A stretch of DNA of 64,000 bases from a bacterium (lineage in GTDB: Bacteria; Patescibacteriota; Microgenomatia; UBA1400; PJMF01), in contig OMJP01000025.1 in the NCBI GenBank assembly GCA_900299405.1, positions 3,017 through 67,016 of the forward strand. Reading direction: 5' to 3'. The number at the start of each line of letters is the position of its first letter. Positions within the stretch are counted from its first letter, which is position 1. The position numbers were made by a program, and so were the translations under genes. This document shows positions 9,624 to 18,157 of this stretch, in pieces. The notes under the pieces are model-generated. The model saw only the letters and a list, made by a program, of their open reading frames with translations. It searched no databases and had not been told where the DNA came from.

Positions 9624-10853
9624 ATGAAAATGTCTCGTTTGGCGTTTACGCCACTAAAAAATCCACCAGCTAATGCTGACACCATCAACCATCAGTTACT
9701 AGTTCAAGCTGGTTTTGTTCGACAGCTAATGGCCGGAGTTTACATTTACACTCCTATGGGCTTGCGGGTGCTGAATAAAATTCGCAGCGTCATTCGTGAA
9801 GAAATGAATGCCATCGGCGGGCAAGAGGTCTTGATGCCTTCACTGCACCCCAAACAAAACTGGGTTCAAACAGGAGCTTGGGATAGTGTCGATGTGTTGT
9901 TCAAACTAGATAGTCGCACTGGCAAAGAATATGCCCTAGGACAAAGCCACGAAGAAATTGTTACCCCACTCGCTAAAGAAATGATCAAGAGCTACAAAGA
10001 CTTACCTTTGGCTTTGTATCAAATTCACTGGAAATTCCGTGATGAGCTTAGAGCAAAGTCAGGAATTTTGCGCGGCCGAGAATTCGAAATGAAAGACATG
10101 TACAGCTTCCACGAAAACCAAGAAGATTTTGAGAGGTTTTATGAAGAAGTGAAAAAAGCCTACTTACGAGCCTATGACAAAATTGACTTAGTGGCCAAAG
10201 TAACTGAGGCTTCTGGAGGAGGATTTTCTAACAAAATCTCTTACGAATTTATGGTGCTCACCGACGCCGGTGAGGATGACATTTATTACTGCCCTTCATG
10301 TGAGTTCTGTGTAAACAGCGAAATAGCCAAACAAAAAGTAGGGGATAGTTGTCCAAAATGTAACGAGGGTGAGTTGCTGGAGGCCAGGGCTTCAGAAGTT
10401 GGTAACGTTTTTGATCTAGGAACGAAATACAGTAAAGATTTTGAGGTTTTTTATGTCTACGCCGATGGCAGCAAGCAGCAACCTATCATGGGTTGCTATG
10501 GCTGGGGAACAACTAGAACAATGGGAGTGATTGTCGAAAAATCTCATGACGAACGAGGAATTATTTGGCCAGCAAGCGTAGCTCCTTATCAATTAGTTCT
10601 CGTTTCTTTGGCTGGCGCAGAACAACAAGCTCAAGGTCTCTACGACCAGCTAACCAAAGCCGGCGCGGAGGTGTTGTGGGATGATCGTGATGAGTCGCCT
10701 GGCAAAAAGTTTGCTGATGCTGATTTGATCGGCGTACCTGTCCGCTTGGTGGTCTCAGAAAAAACTGGTGACAAAGTGGAGTGGAAAAACAGAGCCAGTG
10801 ACAAAACCGAGCTACTGACTGCCAAACAAGTCTTGGATAAACTCAGCTCCTAA
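9624..10853 (+). CDS. proS: prolyl-tRNA synthetase, short form lacking the INS editing domain, with a Cys4 zinc-ribbon insert
   Basis: Class II motifs (AGVYIYTPMGLRVLNKI, FRDE...RGREFEMKD); CPSCEFC...CPKC insert; AGGAAG SD 6 nt upstream of ATG 9624. Confidence 0.8.
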   Translation: MKMSRLAFTPLKNPPANADTINHQLLVQAGFVRQLMAGVYIYTPMGLRVLNKIRSVIREEMNAIGGQEVLMPSLHPKQNWVQTGAWDSVDVLFKLDSRTGKEYALGQSHEEIVTPLAKEMIKSYKDLPLALYQIHWKFRDELRAKSGILRGREFEMKDMYSFHENQEDFERFYEEVKKAYLRAYDKIDLVAKVTEASGGGFSNKISYEFMVLTDAGEDDIYYCPSCEFCVNSEIAKQKVGDSCPKCNEGELLEARASEVGNVFDLGTKYSKDFEVFYVYADGSKQQPIMGCYGWGTTRTMGVIVEKSHDERGIIWPASVAPYQLVLVSLAGAEQQAQGLYDQLTKAGAEVLWDDRDESPGKKFADADLIGVPVRLVVSEKTGDKVEWKNRASDKTELLTAKQVLDKLSS

Positions 10854-10997
10854 GCTTCATTCTTTGCAGAAATTGCTGGAAATACTCCAACCTATAAGGA
10901 ATTTTCTGTTCTTGATTCGAAAAAATTATAGATCTATCTATCAATCCTTTTTGCTTGTATTATTTTTCTAAATCACATCATATATTACTGTATACAT

Positions 10998-11068
10998 CCC
11001 GGTGAGGACCCCACTGCAACACTCCCCCCAAGGACGTTGTGGTGGGCGTCTACTTCCGGGTTTTCTTG
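10998..11068 (+). terminator. structured hairpin (11-bp stem with 2 G-U pairs, C-rich loop) enclosed by CCCGG/CCGGG and followed by a T-run; putative terminator of typA-proS
   Basis: ccccactgcaac (11009-11020) pairs with gttgtggtggg (11036-11046); TTTTCTTG follows. Confidence 0.35.
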
Positions 11069-11080
11069 TATAATACCTCC

Positions 11081-11956
11081 ATGGATTCTCGACCTCTTAT
11101 TGCTACCCACCATGCTCCTGACCTGGATGCCGTGACCGCTGTTTGGCTGCTAAAGCGCTTCCATGCCCAAGACTTTGCCGATGCCAAAATCGGCTTCGTC
11201 AATCCTGGAGAAAAAATGAGCCTGGAAGATGCTCAAGCCTACGGCTCCCAACTGCACGAAATCACTTACGTCGATACCGGCTATGGCAAGTTCGATCATC
11301 ATCAGCCAGAAAGAGCACAACAGAAAATCTGTGCCGCGACTTTGGTCTATGACCACGTTTGTGAGATTCACCCTGATCTCAAAGACGACCAAGCCCTCAA
11401 AACAATCGTAGATCTAGCCAATGATGTCGATCACTTTGGCGAAATCAACTGGCCTAAAGCTCAGCACCCCCGTTACTTGTTCATGATTCATGACTTGATT
11501 CGCGGCCATGAGTACACCGATCCCCACAACGATGACTCGCAGATGCATTTTGGTTTTCAGTGTTTGGACAATGCCTACGCCACTCTCACTCAGCACTTTA
11601 AAGCTCTGGAAATCATCAAAAACAAAGGTCAAGAAATAGCGATCAAAGATGGTAAAGCGCTAGCACTGCTGACGCGCAACGACGACACCATCAAGGTCGC
11701 CCAAAAACAGGGATATTTGCTAGTGGCTCGTAAAGACCCCAAACTCGGTCACATTCGCATCAAGGCTCAACCGGACGCTCCTTTTAATCTGGATGAGCTG
11801 GAAAAAAGAATCAGCGAAGAAGATAAAAAAGGCACTTGGTTCTACCATGGTAGCGGCAAAATGCTGCTCAATGGTTCCAAAAAGAATCGTGACCAGGTTC
11901 CCAGTCCACTGACTTTGGAACAAGTAGTTATTTTGATCAAGGAAATCTATGGCTAA
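11081..11956 (+). CDS. DHH family phosphoesterase (NrnA-like)
   Basis: THHAPDLDAVTA (motif I) and FDHHQ (DHH motif III); TATAAT at 11069-11074 ends 7 nt before the ATG, suggesting a leaderless transcript. Confidence 0.7.
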   Translation: MDSRPLIATHHAPDLDAVTAVWLLKRFHAQDFADAKIGFVNPGEKMSLEDAQAYGSQLHEITYVDTGYGKFDHHQPERAQQKICAATLVYDHVCEIHPDLKDDQALKTIVDLANDVDHFGEINWPKAQHPRYLFMIHDLIRGHEYTDPHNDDSQMHFGFQCLDNAYATLTQHFKALEIIKNKGQEIAIKDGKALALLTRNDDTIKVAQKQGYLLVARKDPKLGHIRIKAQPDAPFNLDELEKRISEEDKKGTWFYHGSGKMLLNGSKKNRDQVPSPLTLEQVVILIKEIYG

Positions 11957-12416
11957 CTGTATTTTCTGCCAAATAGCTGCTGGACAAACTCCAGCTCACA
12001 AAATCTGGGAAGATGACGAGCATGTTGCTTTCCTCTCGATTTTTCCCAACACCAAAGGTTTCACCGTAGTAACTAGCAAACAACACCATGGCAGCTACGC
12101 TTTCGCACAAAGTGATGAGGTCTTGAGTAAGCTAATCCTCGCAACCAAAAAAGTGGCCCAAATTCTGGATAACTATTTCGACGATGTTTCCCGCTGTGGT
12201 ATGTTTTTTGAAGGCTTTGGGGTAGACCATCTGCACAGTAAGCTTTTCCCCATGCATGGCACGGGCCAGATGTCCGACTGGCAAATGATCGAGAGCAAGA
12301 GCGACACCTATTTCGAAAAATATCCTGGCTACCTGTCATCCAACGACTCTCATCGAGCAGATGATGAAAAACTAGCTGAGTTGGCAGAAAATATCAGGAA
12401 CAGCCACCAGGGCTGA
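11949..12416 (+). CDS. HIT family (histidine triad) hydrolase
   Basis: MANCIFCQIAAG... N-terminus typical of HIT; His-rich DHLHSKLFPMH segment. Confidence 0.75.
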   Translation: MANCIFCQIAAGQTPAHKIWEDDEHVAFLSIFPNTKGFTVVTSKQHHGSYAFAQSDEVLSKLILATKKVAQILDNYFDDVSRCGMFFEGFGVDHLHSKLFPMHGTGQMSDWQMIESKSDTYFEKYPGYLSSNDSHRADDEKLAELAENIRNSHQG

Positions 12417-12485
12417 CAGATTACCAAGAGTAAGTTACAATACACACCTTGTATCAACTTGTAACCCAGAGGGGAGGTGAGAAAC

Positions 12486-12740
12486 ATGGCTATCGTAGTC
12501 AAAGCCAAAAAAGGCGACTCTACCAATGACGTGATTCGCAAATTCAAAAAAGCGAGCATCGCTTCTGGTGTGGTACAAAAAGCCAAGGACAGTCGCTATT
12601 ACAAAAAACCTTCCAAAGTGAGAGCGGAAAAAACTGCTACTCGCAATCGTCTCAAAAGACGCGCTCGTTCACTAAAGAAAATGAAGAATATTTCTCCTCA
12701 GGTTATAAGTCGGATCAACCAAAAGTTGGGTAAGTCTTAA
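12486..12740 (+). CDS. rpsU: 30S ribosomal protein S21
   Basis: MAIVVKAKKGDSTNDVIRKFKK...; GGGGAGGTG SD 7 nt upstream. Confidence 0.85.
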   Translation: MAIVVKAKKGDSTNDVIRKFKKASIASGVVQKAKDSRYYKKPSKVRAEKTATRNRLKRRARSLKKMKNISPQVISRINQKLGKS

Positions 12741-12744
12741 TTTT

Positions 12745-13272
12745 CTACTTGGATTTCTTGCGAGGCTTGATTCTCGCTTTGATGCTGAACTCCCATTGAT
12801 CGCCATCACTGGTATCAAAACTATTGGAGTTGGTCATCGAGTGGTAATTCACCAAGTGGTTGCTAAGGGTTTCTTCTAGTTCTTTTTGCTCTTCGCGCAG
12901 CTCATTGATTTTCACTTTGAGAGACATGGCTTCTGGATTAGAACTTAGCTGACTCTTACGCTCCTTAACTTTGATTGAGTGAGCTTTCATTTCCTCCTGA
13001 GCTTCAGAAAGATCGCCGTCATTGTCAAACACATCACGTAGCATTGTTCTGGTGCTTTTGAGATTGTCTTTGATTTCTTCCAGCTGGTTAGCTCGGCGCT
13101 CGATCAAGTTCTGTAGGGAAGTCAAAGTCTCGGCTAGTTGATCAGACTCCTCGGTCTCATCCAAAGCCTTGTTCGCCAAGTCCTCACCAGACTCAAGCTG
13201 TTCCTGCTCATCACCAGCCTCCAGAGCCTCTTGCTCTTCACCTTGTTCTAATTGGGGATCATCATTTGCCAT
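12745..13272 (-). CDS. hypothetical acidic coiled-coil protein
   Basis: Glu/Gln-rich low-complexity ORF; no recognised family. Confidence 0.4.
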   Translation of the reverse strand: MANDDPQLEQGEEQEALEAGDEQEQLESGEDLANKALDETEESDQLAETLTSLQNLIERRANQLEEIKDNLKSTRTMLRDVFDNDGDLSEAQEEMKAHSIKVKERKSQLSSNPEAMSLKVKINELREEQKELEETLSNHLVNYHSMTNSNSFDTSDGDQWEFSIKARIKPRKKSK

Positions 13273-13343
13273 AAAACCTTTCTAACAACTAGTGGGAATG
13301 GTTATAACAAGAGAAGTGAAGCAGAATCAATGGGAAAACTCTG

Positions 13344-13416
13344 CGAGCCCGACCGGGATCGAACCGGCGATCTCTTCCGTGACAGGGAAGCATGTTAACC
13401 ACTACACCACGGGCCC
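13344..13416 (-). tRNA. tRNA-Asp (GTC)
   Basis: Anticodon loop CUGUCAC; G73 discriminator; near-consensus sigma70 promoter (TTGCAC-17-TATAAT) 5 nt upstream on minus strand (13428-13456). Confidence 0.85.
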
Positions 13417-13546
13417 TCGAAGGCGTAATTATACGCTAAGCTACATTGCAGTGCAATTTAGAAAGAAACAGCTGTTTTTGCCAGTAGAACAGGAAAATCG
13501 CGGCTGATTTTGTTATACTGAAAACAGTAATAACACAAAGGAAACC

Positions 13547-14134
13547 ATGTTCAGTCCCTTAGTCATCGTGCTCGTATTAGTCGCTCTCTATGCAGTAGGA
13601 GTCTATAACTCGCTACAAACTCTAAAGACTCAGATCCAAGCCAGTATTCAGGAGATTGGTAATCAGTTGAAACGTCAAGCTTCTTTGATTCCGAACTTGA
13701 GCAATGCCGTCAAAGGCTATCTCAAACACGAAAAGGGCATTTTTAAAATGCTGACTGATGCCCGCAAAGCTGCAGAAAAAGCTGATAAATCAGGTAAAAT
13801 CTCTGACATCGATAAAGCTTTGGACAGTATTCAGTCAGTTTTGCCTCAAATTCAGGTAGCCGTCGAAGACAACCCTGAATTGAAATCTGACGCTACCGTC
13901 ACTAAGTTCATGGATGAGCTCACCGACACTGCTGACAAACTCAGTTATGCTCGTCGAACAGTCATCGACCTCAGCCAATCCTACAACCAAAAGCTGGTGG
14001 TTTTTCCCTCCAATTTGATTGCCGGATTATTTGGCTTCAAACAAGAGGCGGGTATTGCTACTCCTACCACTGGCAGTCACATGTCTGTCAGTCAGCAGGA
14101 AATGCGTGAACCAAAAGTCGACTTCGAAGAATAG
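13547..14134 (+). CDS. lemA: LemA family protein
   Basis: N-terminal TM plus LemA-type conserved region. Confidence 0.8.
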   Translation: MFSPLVIVLVLVALYAVGVYNSLQTLKTQIQASIQEIGNQLKRQASLIPNLSNAVKGYLKHEKGIFKMLTDARKAAEKADKSGKISDIDKALDSIQSVLPQIQVAVEDNPELKSDATVTKFMDELTDTADKLSYARRTVIDLSQSYNQKLVVFPSNLIAGLFGFKQEAGIATPTTGSHMSVSQQEMREPKVDFEE

Positions 14135-14149
14135 TGGCTTGATCAAGCT

Positions 14150-15052
14150 ATGACTCATTACCAGCTAGTATCGCGGAATAAATATAAATCTGGGGCAATT
14201 GTCCTGGTGTTTATTGTCTTTATCGTGGGGGCTGCTTATCTGATGACCCAGGCTTTTGGTTATGGCTTGGATGTCGTCGGTTGGGCGCTGGTTTTCTCAG
14301 GAATAACTTCCTTTGGCAGCTATTATTTCTCTGACAAGATTATCTTGAGTTTATCTGGAGCTAGAGAAGCAAACAGGGCAGAATTTTTTGATTTCTATAC
14401 CGTCACCGAAAATATCTGTAGTGGTCAGAAGCTAAGGCTGCCCAAGCTTTATGTCATCGATGATAGTGCCATGAATGCTTTTGCCACCGGCAGAGATCCT
14501 GATCATGCAGTGGTGTGTGTCACCACAGGGCTGCTAAGTCGACTAAACCGAGCGGAAATCGAAGGAGTAGTAGCTCACGAACTAGCTCATATCAAAAACT
14601 ACGACATTCGGCTAATGTCGATCGTCACGGTACTGGTTGGTCTGGTTGCCCTGCTTTCAGACTGGCTACTGCGGATGACCTACTGGCGGGGCAGAGGAAG
14701 AGATCGAGACGCCGGACAGATCCAAGCAATTATTTTCGTCGCTGGGCTGGTTTTGGCAATTCTCTCGCCATTGATTGCCCAGCTTATCAAGCTTGCTATT
14801 TCTCGTCGCAGAGAATTTCTGGCAGACGCTGCTGGGGTAGCCATGACCAAAAACCCTGGAGGGTTAATTAATGCCCTACAGAAGTTGGACCGCGATCGTG
14901 AGCCCCTAGAGGCCGCTAACAAAGCTACCGCTCATCTGTATATTTCTGATCCTTTAAAAAACTCCAAAGGAGCTGTGCATTTGTTCGCCAAGATGTTTGC
15001 CACCCATCCGCCAATAGAAGAAAGAGTCGCAGCACTGAAAAATATCAGCTAA
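14150..15052 (+). CDS. htpX: zinc metalloprotease HtpX (M48)
   Basis: HELAHIKNYD HExxH motif; TM segments; classic lemA-htpX pairing. Confidence 0.85.
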   Translation: MTHYQLVSRNKYKSGAIVLVFIVFIVGAAYLMTQAFGYGLDVVGWALVFSGITSFGSYYFSDKIILSLSGAREANRAEFFDFYTVTENICSGQKLRLPKLYVIDDSAMNAFATGRDPDHAVVCVTTGLLSRLNRAEIEGVVAHELAHIKNYDIRLMSIVTVLVGLVALLSDWLLRMTYWRGRGRDRDAGQIQAIIFVAGLVLAILSPLIAQLIKLAISRRREFLADAAGVAMTKNPGGLINALQKLDRDREPLEAANKATAHLYISDPLKNSKGAVHLFAKMFATHPPIEERVAALKNIS

Positions 15053-15092
15053 TCCCCTGAAAACCCTCAAGAGATCTGCTATACTACCAGAC

Positions 15093-15407
15093 GTGTCGAA
15101 AAAATCAGTCACTGCAAAAGACGTTCATCACATCAGCCAACTAGCACAAATTCCTATCACCGAAAAAGAAAGCAAGGAGCTAGCTAAGGCGTTTGTTGAA
15201 ACTTTCAATGTCATCGACCAGCTGCAATCCCTAAATGTCAGCCAAACAGATATTACTTACCAGGTAACTGGTTTGGAGAATAATTGGCGAGAAGATGCCG
15301 TAGATAAAAAAGTCATGTTTTCTCAAAAAGAAGCCTTACAAAATGCTAAAAAAACCCACCAAGGATATTTTGTGGTACCAAAAATTTTAGAGGCCAAGGA
15401 CACTTGA
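15093..15407 (+). CDS. gatC: Asp/Glu-tRNA amidotransferase subunit C
   Basis: ~100 aa; precedes gatA with 4-nt overlap. Confidence 0.8.
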   Translation: MSKKSVTAKDVHHISQLAQIPITEKESKELAKAFVETFNVIDQLQSLNVSQTDITYQVTGLENNWREDAVDKKVMFSQKEALQNAKKTHQGYFVVPKILEAKDT

Positions 15408-16789
15408 TGTTGAATCAGCTAACTTTGACTCAGACTATCGAGGGGTTAAAGAAAAATCAGTTTTCTTTAGATGAGCTGTATCAGGCAGTTGATCAAGCCA
15501 TCGGCAAAAAAAACAAAAAACTCAATGCCTATCTAACCCTCAATGAAAAATCACTAGCAACCGCTAAAAAACAGTCTAAAAAGGCCTTGATGGGGGTGCC
15601 AATTGCAGTCAAAGACAATTTCTGTACCGCTGAACTGCGAACGACCGCCTCTTCCAAAGTTTTGGACAACTTTCAGCCACCTTTCAATGCCACAGTTGTA
15701 AACAAACTAGAGGAAAATGGTGGGGTAGTACTAGGAAAAACCAATCTCGATGCCTGGGCCCATGGATCTTCTACTGAAACCAGTGATTACGGTCGCACAT
15801 TGAACCCCAGAAACACCGATTATCTGCCAGGTGGATCTTCTGGTGGTAGCGCAGCTGCTGTGGCAGCAGACATGTGTATCGCCGCGATTGGTAGTGAAAC
15901 AGCGGGCTCAATTCGTCAGCCAGCTGCTTGGTGTGGCGCTGTGGGAGTTAAGCCAACTTATGGTCGAGTTAGCCGCTATGGAGTGGCAGCCATGGCTTCA
16001 TCCACCGATAGCCCAGGCCCAATTACCAAAACCGTAGAGGATGGCGCCGTGCTGCTCAACGCTATTGCCGGACACGACCCTTTGGATGCCACCACTAACG
16101 AAGAGAAGTCCCCAGACTTTACCAAGCTAATTGGTAAAAGTATTAAGGGCTTAAAGATTGGCTATATTTACCACGATACTGAAGGCCTGGAAATGGTAAA
16201 CGAAAAACTAGAATCTCAACTACCAGTACTAGAGAAATTGGGAGCTAAAGTAGAAAAGGCCTCAGCCCTAGATCCTCACTATGCGATCGGTGTTTATACA
16301 GTAGTGCAGCGAGCAGAGGTGAGCAGCAATCTGGCTAGGTATGACGGCATTCGCTATGGCAACGATCGTTCTTATTTCTGTCATGAAGCTAAAAAAAGAC
16401 AAATGCTAGGAACTTACACCATCAGTAGAGCGACCGAAATTAATACTTATCAGCTGGCACAAAAAGTGCGCACCCTCTTTGTGGAAGATATGAAAAAACT
16501 GTTTAGTAAATATGACATCTTGGTTTCCGCAACTTCTCCTGGTTTTGCAAAAAAAATCGGTGCTACCGAAGGATCCGCCATGTTTGGTGAGCTGGAAGAC
16601 ATGCTCTTGGAGCCAAGCTCAATCACTGGTTATCCAGGAATTAACGTGCCTTTTTATCATGATCCCCAAACAAACCTATTTTTGGGAATGAGTCTAGTGG
16701 TGCCAATGTGGGAAGAGCAAAAAATGTTCCATGTGGCTGACGCTTTCGAAAAAAACACTGATTGGAATACTTGGAGGAAGCAGTCATGA
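15404..16789 (+). CDS. gatA: Asp/Glu-tRNA amidotransferase subunit A
   Basis: Amidase signature GGSSGGSAAAVAA. Confidence 0.9.
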   Translation: MMLNQLTLTQTIEGLKKNQFSLDELYQAVDQAIGKKNKKLNAYLTLNEKSLATAKKQSKKALMGVPIAVKDNFCTAELRTTASSKVLDNFQPPFNATVVNKLEENGGVVLGKTNLDAWAHGSSTETSDYGRTLNPRNTDYLPGGSSGGSAAAVAADMCIAAIGSETAGSIRQPAAWCGAVGVKPTYGRVSRYGVAAMASSTDSPGPITKTVEDGAVLLNAIAGHDPLDATTNEEKSPDFTKLIGKSIKGLKIGYIYHDTEGLEMVNEKLESQLPVLEKLGAKVEKASALDPHYAIGVYTVVQRAEVSSNLARYDGIRYGNDRSYFCHEAKKRQMLGTYTISRATEINTYQLAQKVRTLFVEDMKKLFSKYDILVSATSPGFAKKIGATEGSAMFGELEDMLLEPSSITGYPGINVPFYHDPQTNLFLGMSLVVPMWEEQKMFHVADAFEKNTDWNTWRKQS

Positions 16790-18129
16790 GCTGGCAAGAC
16801 AAATACAAACCAGTCATCGGTCTGGAGACACACGCTGAGCTCAAAACAGCTTCGAAAATGTTTTGTGGCTGCGTAAATGATCCTTTTGGCGCTAAACAAC
16901 CCAATAGCCATACCTGTCCAGTGTGTCTGGGAATGCCCGGTGGCTTACCAGTGCCCAACAAAAAAGCCATTGAGTGGACTCTAAAAATCGGCCTAGCTAC
17001 TGACTGTGAGGTTAATCTGTTTTCAAAATTTGATCGCAAGCATTACTTCTATCCTGATTTGGCCAAAGGCTATCAGATCAGCCAGTATGACCTGCCTTTT
17101 TGTTATGGTGGCAAGCTAGAAACTAGCCAGGGAATCATAGGAATTCGTCGTGTCCATTTAGAAGAAGATACTGCCAAATTGCTCCACAAAAAAATCGACG
17201 GTAAAGATGTCAGCCTCATTGATTTCAACCGCAGCGGAGTGCCTTTGGTAGAGATCGTCACTGAACCAGACATCAGAAATGGTGCTCAAGCCAAAGAATA
17301 TGGTAAAAAAATGCGCCAATTACTGCGCTACTTGGATGTCGCTGACTGCGATATGGAGCAAGGAGGCATGCGCCTCGAAGCCAATATTTCACTGCGCAAA
17401 AAAGGTACCAAAGAGCTGCCCAGCTACAAAGTCGAGATCAAAAACATCAATTCTTTCCGCTTTATGGAGCAGGCAATCGATTACGAACTAGAACGTCAGG
17501 CAAAAATTCTTGATTCAGGAGAAACGCCTCAGCAGGAAACCCGTGGCTGGGACGCGACCAAAAATCAAACCTTCTCTCAGCGTAGCAAAGAAGAAGCCGA
17601 AGATTATCGTTACTTCCCAGAACCAGATATTCCGCCAATTCGCTTCACTGAAGATCAGGTTGAAAAAATCAAATCAGCATTACCAGAAACACCTCAGCAG
17701 GTTGCCGGCAGGTGGGAAAAAGACTATGAGCTAACTGCAGCTCAAGCCGCTCAATTATCTACAGTTGAGTCAGAGTCGGAGCTGGCCTGGCTTGATTCTA
17801 TTTTGAAATTGCTCAATCAGCAAAAACTAGACATCCAGCTGTTTGCCAATGACCTGATTAACAAAAAACTCTCAGTCACTCAAAAACTAACTCCTGAAGA
17901 AGTGGTCAAGAGATTCGAAAGTCTGCACGCCACTGAAGAAATAGACGGCGGAGAGTTGGCGGGCTTAATCCAAGAAGTGCTCAAGAACAATCAGGATGCG
18001 GTCGAAAAATACCAAGCCGGAGAACAGCAAGTACTGGGTTTCTTGATGGGTCAGGTGCTAGGAAAAATCGATAAAAAACTCGATCCCAAACAAGTGCGTA
18101 ATGCCCTGCAAACCGCTCTTGAAGACTGA
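16786..18129 (+). CDS. gatB: Asp/Glu-tRNA amidotransferase subunit B
   Basis: MSWQDKYKPVIGLETHAEL N-terminus; ATGA overlap with gatA; GGAGGAAG SD. Confidence 0.9.
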   Translation: MSWQDKYKPVIGLETHAELKTASKMFCGCVNDPFGAKQPNSHTCPVCLGMPGGLPVPNKKAIEWTLKIGLATDCEVNLFSKFDRKHYFYPDLAKGYQISQYDLPFCYGGKLETSQGIIGIRRVHLEEDTAKLLHKKIDGKDVSLIDFNRSGVPLVEIVTEPDIRNGAQAKEYGKKMRQLLRYLDVADCDMEQGGMRLEANISLRKKGTKELPSYKVEIKNINSFRFMEQAIDYELERQAKILDSGETPQQETRGWDATKNQTFSQRSKEEAEDYRYFPEPDIPPIRFTEDQVEKIKSALPETPQQVAGRWEKDYELTAAQAAQLSTVESESELAWLDSILKLLNQQKLDIQLFANDLINKKLSVTQKLTPEEVVKRFESLHATEEIDGGELAGLIQEVLKNNQDAVEKYQAGEQQVLGFLMGQVLGKIDKKLDPKQVRNALQTALED

Positions 18130-18157
18130 TTATAACTATGCCATTCTGAGGTAGCTT

